A stretch of 64,000 nucleotides of DNA. Source: Convolutriloba macropyga (lineage: Eukaryota). Made by a program: the position numbers and the translations under genes. Below are positions 13,581 to 24,700 of the stretch, piece after piece. Under the pieces are notes generated by a model that was not told where the DNA came from, made no database searches, and saw only the letters and a list, made by a program, of their open reading frames with translations. The stretch is from assembly GCF_964194025.1 (NCBI RefSeq), contig NC_134477.1:11160001-11224000 (forward strand), given 5' to 3'. The number at the start of each line of letters is the position of its first letter. The first letter of the stretch is position 1.

Positions 13581-14384
13581 TTACGCGTCAGAAATTGTCG
13601 GTACGCTTGGTTTCAAACGTAAGAAATGGTGGATATGTTTGGTCTCTTAAATTCTGTATGTTAGGTCTCTTAGATTCGGTATGTTTGGTATAAAACGTAA
13701 GATAAGCGTTGCTATGCTCGGCCTCTCAGATTCGTTACGTTCCCTTCTAAACTTAAGAAATTGTTCGTATGCTCGGTCTCTCAGTTTTGATACGCTCAAT
13801 TTCTTAGTTGCCTTATGTTTGCATTGAACCGCAAGAAATCGCTGATTTTTCTAAACAAAATTCGAGTTTTTTTTGGTTTTAAAGGAGTCAAAGGTTTATG
13901 AAAGGTTTCTAATCAACGGAGTTCTTTTCGTACTCATTGGAGACAATTTCTTCAAAGAAGTTGAAAATTTATGACTGTTTTATAGCTAAATTATAAAACT
14001 AGTTGGAAAAAATGTATCCTGACAATCTAATAGACGTGTTGAACATTGTTGGGAATTCACTTCATTAAACCATATTAACTGAGTTGCTTAACCATTAAGA
14101 GAATTCCAGTACATAAGTAAGAGAATTATGAGAAATCCCGTACGTAGTGTGACATCGACTGTAGTGTAGGTTTCTTACGTTTAAAGCCGAGTATACTGAA
14201 TCTTAGAAACCGATCATACCGACAATTATCTTACTCTTAAAACTATAAACATACGTAATCTAAGAAATCGAACATAGCGATGATTTCTTATGTTTGGAAT
14301 CAAACATAACGACGATACCGAAGAAAAAAGTTTTTGTCAACGAAAATTAAACATACCGACGATTTTCTTACGTTTACAAACCCC
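13581..14384. mobile_element. Degenerate foldback element with internally repetitive arms (AAACGTAAGAAA..GTCGGTATG units), in the intron of peptide gene B
   Basis: 13590-13800 repeats appear inverted at 14170-14384; a related fragment lies at 46461-46530. Confidence 0.6.
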
Positions 14385-14737
14385 GATTTTTGTACTAAGA
14401 AAGGTGAGTGGAGAAAATATAAAATGAAACAAAAGTGCCCAGTGCATCAATCAACAGTTTTTGCGCCAATTTTCCGGCAAAGTTCCTATTATTATTCCTG
14501 GAATCCGCAAAGAAAAAGGATTGGTAATTGGTGGTTATGGTAAGTTATGGTAGAAACCTTAGATATTTAGCGGGAATACCGGGAACGCGTTTGGGACTTT
14601 ACCAGGAAAAGCGCGAATACTAAAGCTGTTAATTATAAGGACTGGCTGGACTTATTACCAGTCATCATAATAACAGAATTTTAAGAAATGAGATTGAGTA
14701 ACTTGAGTAGATATTGATTTTTTCGATTTGTGAACAG

Positions 14738-14853
14738 GTATAATCGATCGTCATCGTCATCATCACGTGAAGAAAAGAGACCTTCAATATCCCACAAGAC
14801 AAATTGGGCCTATTGAGAGAATGACACCAGATCTGCCCGCAAATGACAACTAG
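14738..14853 (+). CDS. Putative terminal exon of gene B (GIIDRHRHHHVKKR-DLQYPTRQIGPIERMTPDLPANDN*)
   Basis: acag acceptor at 14737, open in phase 1, KKR convertase-type site, TAG at 14851-14853, ATTAAA shortly downstream. Confidence 0.55.
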
Positions 14854-16589
14854 ACAATTTAGATAGTCATAGAGAAGGTGATAACTGATTAATGAATTAA
14901 AAAATAGAACTAATCAATACCAAAACGGCAGAATTAATTATTTTAAGTTTTTTAATATCAATCATTGAGTTCGCAATTACGTGTTTATTGGTGATTACAG
15001 TTTTCTGTCAGAATTGGTGTCGGTTCCTTCTTCCTAGTGACTTTTTTTAACGTGTTTACAAAACCTGTCCGACACCAAATAACACTGATTTCGTGTAAAA
15101 TTAGTTCACTTTATGAACTGATTTTTTTTATTAAAAAAAACCTCCAAAATGTTTGCTTGTTGTTGACAAAGGTTCCCAAGTTATCTCTTGTTCATGAAAA
15201 AAAAAGCGTTTTAGACTAAAATTCTTAAGAAAAAACAGAAATTAAAATGTAAACAGAATAATTTTATTGAGCAGAGAGTTCGGAAACTCAGTCCTAGTCG
15301 AGAGGTCGCGACTTAGTGAAATTACCTATATAGCTAGATAATTTACTGGAGCGAGGCGGGATGTTGATAACGTAAACCCTTACAATTATCTCATAAATAA
15401 GTTATTGTGTGAAGTTTTTTAAGATATGTTTAAATTAATCGGTAAAATGATGTCACATTCTTGAACGATCCTTCAAAATAATCATTCGGAGTTGTTTTGG
15501 GTTCATTAAACTAACAATGTCGAAAAGACAAATCTTGATAACGATCGGCCATTCATTTTTCACTACACAAACACGGCTCTTACATAATGGAGAAAGTGAA
15601 AACATATATCTACAGCAGATTCAAGGACAACAATCAAGTATGCTTTGAAGCCATCAAATTTTATTAATAAATTAAATATTTTCTCGAAACTTGTTATGAA
15701 GAGACAATCAGATGAGTTCCGGACATTTTTTTAAACTAAGCTTGATGCTCATTTTGTATCAGAAAGCCTATCTTGACATTTCTTAATGTTTAAAACTTTA
15801 ACTAGCAATTAACTAGGTTAACATAACTATTTCGATCAAACACGACATTGGTTGATCTTTGCTCTGCATTGTGATTGGACAGCCAAATTCGAATCATAGT
15901 CCCATTCATGCAGCTTACTTATAGTAATGTTCAGTTACGCGGACTTTAGTCGCAGAGCCAATCAGATCTGTATCAGTATAATCCACTTTAAAACAGAACT
16001 GTCGCATAGTATTTTCAATAGATCAAGTAAATCTCTGTCTACACAGAGTACGAACCAACTGCCATTATTATTTTATTGCATTATGCGCAACTTGCTGTTA
16101 TATTTCTGATTATGACCAAAACCATAAGCGTTTTCATCTGCTCAGTCTTTCAGATATCTCATACTGTACAGAAAACGAAAATGAAAATTTCGAAATATGA
16201 GTATGAAATGAAATCGTGGTTAACATAACTTAGATTAAAGATAGGAAGTGGAAGATAAAAAGGAAAGTAGTCAACAGTACCTAGTGAGGTTAATGGTCCA
16301 CACAACAGGTGTGTGCTACAACTGCCCAATCGAGAAGAACTCTTACAGAGAGGAAGTTTTGAATTGAACTCAAAATCCCTCTTTTCTTGACGGGAAACGC
16401 GGCAGCAGAAAAACATCTGACCCAAAACCATTATCAGAAATGCAATGCAAGATTTTGGACGAAATAGTCTTGCTAAGGATTCTGAGGCGAAACCCTGAAG
16501 TCACTTTATCAACTGATGGAACAGGGCTACGATGAAGCGAAACCCTAGAAACAAGGTCGCCTTTGTTTGGCATCTCCAATTGGGCATGG

Positions 16590-16822
16590 AGCAACAAAAA
16601 GCACGGCAACTAAACACGGCCCTCACCTCCAACTATTTTCACTCCCCACCCACCAATAACGCAATACCCCCCCACCCCAAAAAAAAAGATAATCCCCGTG
16701 GCCAGTTGACCCCCAATATTGTCGCCTCCCCATCAGCCCCACGGTACCCCTCCCACCGTGGCAAGCTAAAAAACGAAGCCAGCCGGTCGCTTTAATACAA
16801 TTTGCCCGACGTTAGTCGGCTA
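16590..16822 (+). repeat. Dispersed repeat ending in a CCGAC-nTTA-GTCGG hairpin; inverted relative at about 31711-31935
   Basis: shared cgaagcca...caatt.gcccgac.ttagtcgg and a C-rich body; boundaries approximate. Confidence 0.45.
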
Positions 16823-18013
16823 TGTTATTTATTGTGTTTGTTTTAGTTGCTTCATTTGACATGTTTTCTCTATGATGTTTTCCTAATTGACACAGTCATT
16901 CTCTGCTTTGTTAACTGCTGGCCTCTTTGATGTGTTCGTACCGTGCTTTCAATTACCACTCCCAGTTTTTGTTTCATCCGTTTCAGTGGTATGGAGATTT
17001 AGTCTGGTGATTGGATCTCTTTTCCATCTTTGTCGCTGTTATAAGACATTTCGGACAATGCGGCCATGTGAGCGACTCTGAATTGGCAGGAAGAAGTCCA
17101 TATATGTTGAAAACCCTGCCAGGGGTTACGGGAAGATAGGCATTTTGTCCTGCAATACGGGGGAATCCCGAAGGTCGCCTGAGAGTTGTGAACAATATCT
17201 AAAAGAACAATCAGTCATTTATTTTTTGAAAAAACAGGAGGAGTAAAGGCAACAGGAGTGAGGACAACAGCAGGAGTGAGGGGGAAGTGAAGAGGAATGA
17301 AATTGAACTTCATTTAATTACAAAACATGCTTTTAACTGTTCTCTCGGGGAACATTCATTTAGTAAACATTAAATGCATGATTGCTATAAAAGCATATTT
17401 AGTTTTTAATTAGTTGTTCCTCTATCATATTTCTCGTCCTACAAGAGTGGCACTTCAAGCACTTTGCAAAATTTAGTTGCCCCAAAGCGAGAAATAAGAG
17501 TAGTTTGGCGGAAATAAATATGCTCAGAAGAACGAAAGCCGGTGTTTGGTCATGCACAGTTCAATGGCAGTCGGCAATTAAATCTGCGCAGATTGATAGA
17601 AGCCGTTAATTACTCATGCTACCTCTAATGACAGCCTGTAATTATCCATGCAAAATTAAGCGATATCAAGTTTTGTTGTCTTCCGATTAAAACTTCTATA
17701 AAGGTCTGTAATTTCTAAAAGATGACAAGAACAGAGTTAGGGATATAAAAAAAAGTTTGTTTCAAAAAGAATCAGTACTGATTTCCTCGGCCACAAAGAT
17801 CCGGGTAACTGTTTAAATGTTTGCTTACTAAACAGACTAAAAGCCGATCGTAGGCTTACGTGCAGACAAATTGAAAAGTATAAAAGGGAAGCCCTCTAGT
17901 GCGTTATAAAATGACTTTGGGCAAAAAATTAGATAATTTCTGTGTTTTTGATTATTAATGAATTGGAAATGTCGGAAATTAACGCAAACGTATATGAGTT
18001 GTATGAAAAGTTG

Positions 18014-18212
18014 NNNNNNNNNNNNNNNNNNNNNNNNNNNNNNNNNNNNNNNNNNNNNNNNNNNNNNNNNNNNNNNNNNNNNNNNNNNNNNNNNNNNNNN
18101 NNNNNNNNNNNNNNNNNNNNNNNNNNNNNNNNNNNNNNNNNNNNNNNNNNNNNNNNNNNNNNNNNNNNNNNNNNNNNNNNNNNNNNNNNNNNNNNNNNNN
18201 NNNNNNNNNNNN
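18014..18212. other. Assembly gap (199 N)
   Basis: N run. Confidence 1.
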
Positions 18213-20384
18213 NTAGCAGTCGCTATTACAAGATTGTTTTAAATTGTTTATGTGGACAATATAATCCCAAGATCGGTTGTGATAGTTTTATATCCAGTCC
18301 CACGGGCCCCTTTTGGTTATATAGTCGGCTAATCCCATGTTCGGTTGTGATAGTTTGATATGAAGTCCCACGTGCCATTAAATTAGATAGTCGTCTAAAT
18401 AGTCGTTCTGATACTTTTAACAATAGGGTGAATTGGCATTGGGTAAACGGCAGGTTGGGCAAAATGGAATTGGACGAATTGTCCTGACACCGTTGAAAAA
18501 ATTCTATGGTAGTAGTTAATTGATAATACTCAATAATTGCCTTGCTTCAAAAGTTTCCTGATGCAGCGTTTGAATTATTATGTCAAAATATTACAGAGCC
18601 TCCTTTATAAAAATTAGTGGTTTCTGCGCAATTGCACTGGAACACTATTCGTGAGCAGCGGAATATTCTCAGCTGCCCTATTTATTGTTCCTCACTTGCG
18701 TTTGAAACTTTCACGTGGTACCATTATTGCAGTCAAGACAGCCAAGATTGATCAGGCTTTACTTAATTTGAAGCCTAGGGTCAAGTGAGGTCAAAGCCTC
18801 CCACGAAGCTTCACAGAGGCAGTGGATTGAACTCTCATCTGTGGCGTGTGACACTTTAGCTCTAGGCTCTTGTTTCTCAAAGAATGACTCAAGCCCGGAG
18901 GATATTTGAAAAACAATTCTATAATGAGAATATAATTTGTCAGAGTAAAATACACTATCGATACAAAGTGTTGATGTACAATATAGACTACAATGCGGTT
19001 ACATTTATTATATACAATTTTTTAGAAGAATATACGCATTTCTGATATTTTAATTATTGAAAATAAACTATGAGTGTACAACAGATATTCAAACCCTATC
19101 ATTTCAACCCTCTCGCCGATTTTTATTGCTTATAGGTGATTGATACAATTATTATTTGCAATAAAAGATACTGGGTAAAGAATTGAGGGATTAATGCTTG
19201 AAAAGATTGGTAAGGTTCGAAGAAAAAGTTTTCGGGTAAAAACTTGGCGGGGTGAAGTAGGCTTAGGGGTAAAAAAAAGTGTGATGTTAATATACGGGGG
19301 GTAAATAAATCGGGCTGAACAGAAGTAGAACTATATTTAAACTGGACATCATAAATTCAGATACAACACTGCATACAAGTATTATATAGCAAAAAATCAA
19401 ATACTTTTCCTAGTTCTCGAATTGCGATTATCGGTTTTCTCCCGGCTACCAATACCAGTTAAAAAATTGTTTCTTTCTCATGATAGCAGATATTTTTAAT
19501 CGATATCTGATTACCTCTTTCATAAAATGAGATCAAGATGGGTGCACAAACCTGCATTTCGTTTATTAATTGCATTGACCGTATCATTATTAAACCGTAT
19601 CTTATGAGGCTAAGCGAACAATTATCATTACAAAATACATGTGTTTGTTTAATTGGGGGAGGGGGTTCTTGTTCACTAAGCGGGGGGGGGGGGGGGGGGG
19701 GCTTTTACAGGAAAGTCCCGAATTATTTATAAATAATAAACATCACCAGCACATTTTTTGAACCTGAAACGTAGAATATACTGAAATATGCATACAATTT
19801 TTTAAATCCTCAAATATACAACCAACCTTTAAAAATGATAATTTGACTACATTTTGTCGAAATTTACTACATTTTGACGAAATACCAATTTTTTTGTCGA
19901 CATTTGCTTAAATGAAGCATGAAGATATAAGCTAAATTAAAACTTTCTCAAAAATATTTCTTCAATTTGTTTGCGGCTAAAATGAATGATTTGATATAGT
20001 GATGGTCAAATGAGTAGGCTAAGAATACATTTTATTGATTATACAGCATCAAACCTCATGTCAAATAAAATCGACAGTGAAAATAAGATAAAGACATAGT
20101 TTAACAGAATTTTTGAGAACACTGCATGAAAATGTTCCTTTGAAAGGAAACGTTGGGGCCATTTTTAATTTACTTGTACGTTTGAAAACCAACAGCCAAA
20201 CATGAAACAACATTTATCCTTATATGTTTACAAACTATACTAAGTGAATTAATAATACGCAATCTGTAAATGTTTAACCTTTGGTTGTATTGGTGAAATT
20301 TACATGCTTGAATTGGAATAAAAGAAGCATCATGAAATATACAGAAAGTTATAAATTTTCAAGGTCCCGTGTCACCTTTTCTGA

Positions 20385-20560
20385 GTAATCATACAAGAAT
20401 CATATATGATGTCATACAAATAATAACGTATTTTCTAGTACGATCCTTGTATGACTACTACTAAGAAATCATATATGACTTCTAAGAAATCATATATGAC
20501 TACAAAGAAATCATATTTGACCTAGTATGACTACTAAGAATTGTGTATGATTAGTAACCC
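20385..20560. repeat. About 21-bp minisatellite (AAGAAATCATATATGACTAC); related tract at 26590-26650
   Basis: visible tandem units. Confidence 0.7.
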
Positions 20561-21511
20561 GGGGTTGAAATTGCACCACTATCAATATACTAGATAAAAT
20601 TGATTCTTTGGTTTCAACATTTGTAAGTCTGGATAAAATTTCGGTTTGAAAACATTCCTTCAATGCTAGTCTCAACTCAATCTCAAAAAAATATGTATCT
20701 CAAAAATTTTGGTGATTTAAGACGACCCCCATTCATATTTTCTAAAAAAATCTTTTAGGACTATAATGTATAATTTTTTGCGCCCCATTTCAAACTATAA
20801 AAAAATTATGCAAATCAGCCGAAACACATGAGATGTTATTTAAGTTAATGGCATAATCAAATAAATAAGCAACTACGGATTCAAATAAATACATTTATTT
20901 AAAAAGTTTATAATTTTTTAAAAAAAGTTTTAAACATCCGAAGCAGCATCAGTATATCAGTTGTCTTAGCATGAAAATGATCGTCAAAATCTTGCACTGC
21001 AGAGAAATAAAGCCAAACTAACAGAATACATCACTGAAAACTTTACTATTACATTTTTTACTTTGTTTTTTTTCTCCTTCTTTGATTTTAGGTGAACAGC
21101 TGTCCATTAGTGTAGTCATTTTTTGACAGCGGGCAGTAAAAAAGCTAAAATAACAAATAGAGCAACAAATTAAACTTGTCATCTGAGCAGTAATGATACA
21201 TAAGCAGTATGCAAACTATTTTTAATCTTGCTATTAGAGTAACCATTTATGCGTTTATCGCAGCTCTCAAGTTTGTCATCAAGTTGTCAAATATTGCAGT
21301 CGGCAGTGAACATTATCAATAATGGTTTCAGAGTTATAAATAATGGTTTCTGTGCTTGATTGCAGTTGTCCAAGCAACTCATTTAGAGTTCTAATTTTCA
21401 TTTGCAGTTGATAACTTCTTTATTAACATTTTATTTATTAACCTTTATTAACCATTTTATGCTGTTTATGAAGATATCTATCCGTGCAGTTTTTTCGTTT
21501 TTGTTTCGGGT

Positions 21512-21718
21512 TCAGTTGTCCAGTTGGCATAGCAACGCCACCCCCTGTTGCACCCAATGTTGGGGTGCTTTGTCAGTTGGGAGTCGCATGTCTAGTACAA
21601 AATTGGTGGAGTGTCCAGTGGTCGAGAGAGTGCCTCGTCTCTCTGAGGTCTTGTACACTGGCGCATCATAAACCAGTCGTTTCTCAAGTTGGTCACGCTT
21701 GATCGGCTTCAACTGGAT
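21512..21718 (-). CDS. DNAH7: Dynein heavy chain terminal coding exon (...[16 protein letters not shown]...[10 protein letters not shown])
   Basis: acceptor ttcag, TGA at 21514-21512; AATAAA on the minus strand near 21419-21424. Confidence 0.94.
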   Translation of the reverse strand: MQLKPIKRDQLEKRLVYDAPVYKTSERRGTLSTTGHSTNFVLDMRLPTDKAPQHWVQQGVALLCQLDN

Positions 21719-24700
21719 CTGAACAGAAAAAAAAACAATACAGCGCCCCAATACAAATCAAATCCTTTGAATTGTGAAAATTGGCTTCATTTCAACTCAG
21801 ACAGTTGCTGAGCTGACCGTGATTATAATTTGCCGCAACTTCGTAAAAATTCCTCAAGTTCATCACGATTAATCGGTTTCAACTGGATCTAAACAGACCA
21901 AGAAATGCATGAAGAGAAACATTTTTTTTTAAAGTTTTATTATCAGGCACTGACTTTCGTCACAAAATGTGTGTGTCCTCACATATCAGATCTTTAGTTT
22001 ATAACTGTAGTCACATATTAATCTTTAATTAATCTTTTAGTTATCAATTTAATACAACAGTAGGAAGAAATAGAAATTGAGTGTTTTCCAGACTTTTCGG
22101 AATTCAGTTTTCGAATCAAAGAGTTACTGTTTATGGTACATTCTTGCCGACAAAAATTAAATTCAATCCATGTTTGCAAAAAATAACATTCGTAAACTTA
22201 AAAGCCTGTTAATGTTTTTAAAAATATATTAAAAAGAAAGAAAAACACCAGAGCGCAATTTTTATGAAGCTGCAGCAAGTTTTAATCACGTTCAGCTCAG
22301 CAGCGGTTTGAATTGAAATGAATGAAGCTAATTTTTTTTAATTTGTTCACTGATGATGTATGTTGCTCTTACCACAGGCATGACGTCATGTAGTTGTTTA
22401 GGGTGCGACTCGTTGATGCGTTTGATCTTTCTGTCCCACCTGGCACCCTCCATGAACAGTCCCTTTACGTACGCACCATCAGAGGGAGGCTGCTTATACT
22501 CCTTATCGTCCATTACCTAATCGCATCAGGGCGGTTGCGGAAATAAACCACCACGGAAAAAAAACCACTTCATTTTAGATAGGAAATAAACCCCCACGGA
22601 AACAAACCCCCACTTTACTCTCAACGAGCTGCGCATTTAGCGCGTTTGGCCAAGCCTCGTGGGCCATGGCCATGCCTCAGCGGCCCGTGGGACTTGGTAT
22701 GAAAATATCACAACCGAACAAATAATAACGACCAAAATTCGATTTTAAAATGGGGGTTTATTTCCGTGGGGGTTATTTTCCGTGGGGGTTTATTTCCTAT
22801 CTAAAGTTAAGTGGGGTTTTTTTTCCTTGGGGATTTATTTCCTAGACCCGTGTCAGGGTGCTTTGCTATCTCACAAATATAAGTTAGGTGACTCTGATTG
22901 AGTCACTGAAAAAATCTGGCATTCATTCGAGATGTAAGTCAGATTTTCGAAGTGGCTTTACCTTGAGTCTTGTAATCTTGATTGAAACACAAACTTAGAG
23001 AACTTTTTGGTAGAATTTTTTCGTCTCTACTCTCTTTGCAAGGTGAAGGTATTCTAATGTTTTTGTTCAGTCGAATTCGTTATTTATCTTAGAAAAATAT
23101 AAGAGGTATCATTGAAAGTCTGTTGAGCGAATATCTTAATCAAAAATTTTCGATTTGCGTATTTTTGTGTGGTGTTCGAAGTTTTAATTTTTGCGCATAA
23201 TGCTGGTTTTACATTGATTTCTTTTATTTTGTATTGTAGCAGTAGAAATACTGGATGTACACCTCCAGCCAATCAGAGAATGAGAATACACTATTCTCTT
23301 TTATATAGCGCTAACGCCACTAACTATAGTCAGTCTATTAGAGTAGTTGCACGATGTGTATGCATCTGACTCCGGTGTTAACTCTTTTATAATCGTTATA
23401 ATTGAAGTATACCTTCAATGTTTTACAGAGTCGGTTTGTCTGAGAGATATAGGTAAGCCTACTACGCGCGCAGAAATAAGTAGCCCTAGCTCTTTATACC
23501 TCAAGACTCTAAAAAGAGGCCACCTTTGGTCTGCCTTAGTATCTTTTTTAACCAAAATTAATGTGCGTAAAACTATTCTTTTAAGCAACTCACATTCAAA
23601 ATTGGCTAGATCCAAGCTAATTTCGCTTTTTTAGACCAGTTGAATCCAAATCAGTGAACTTTAGATAAAATTAATCCTCCAGCGTAGCACTGCCTTTATA
23701 TATACACGATTACTCACATAGAAATTTGGCTCAATTTCTCATAGAATGCCCAATAAATAAAATTTTACATTAAATTTAAGCCATCTTTGCAGAACTTTAA
23801 TTGTAACTACATTTTTTCAGCGGTTCGCAGTCAAGTTACGCCGTCGAGAACTCAATCTGGGAAGTCAACTACAGCTATGTTAAATAAATTCTCATTTTGT
23901 ATTACCAAAAATTTCTGCAAAACTTAAACAACATTTTGTTTTCGTAATCCAGTTCAGCTTTTCGTCAATAATACAGGACTAGGCTAATGTAAATTAAGTC
24001 AGATGATCAATATATTTTGCATTCGCTATTACACAATGACACTGAATGGATTTAAAACCAAATTCTCACGTAAAAATTGTCTCTAATTGACCTACTAAAA
24101 TTTTTTGCCATCCAACTTCCTGCATTTCAAACGCATTTATATATTAAATAACTAGCTGAGATGCAACCATTGGTCTCACATTCCATTTGGTAATTAAAAC
24201 TCAGCTCGTTTAAATTCTTTTACCTTGTTTGTCGCAATAGAGAAGTCGAAAATGATGAAATCAAAACCTCGAATTTACTAGGTTTAAAGTTTCCTCATTA
24301 AAGTTTACCTGTTAACGCACTAACAAGATTAAGTATTTGGTGCTATAGTTTTAAAACTGTTTCTAATATTTTATATTAACAAATGTTTACTTCAATTCCC
24401 CCATTATGTGAGTTCTTTAAAGTCTTCAAAATTGAATATTTTGAAATCATTAGTAAAATTATTAGACCTGTTAGCTTAAGTTAAAAACAAGTTCAAGTAA
24501 TTGCGGTTGCATGTCAAGCTTTTTAATTTTTATTTTTTCATAAAAATTGATTTCTTTTCCGTTTTGACAATGTATGGAAAGCAATATTATTAATTTGCCC
24601 AAAATAATTTTAACGAAATCCCAAATTTGTAAAATGAGCAAATTTTTATTCAGAAATTCTACTGAAGATCTTTTATTCGTATTTGCGAAATAAATAGTTG

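Noticed and set aside
16370-17200. Several 60-90 aa ORFs in a moderately GC-rich patch
   Set aside because: No recognisable domain or consistent splice structure; probably decayed transposon sequence
13590-20560. Short repeat arrays as CRISPR-like
   Set aside because: Eukaryotic context; degenerate tandem units without unique spacers; no cas genes
21061-21130. Strong plus-strand polypyrimidine tract and AG (GEQLSISVVIF*)
   Set aside because: No supporting upstream exon or homology; common by chance in T-rich DNA
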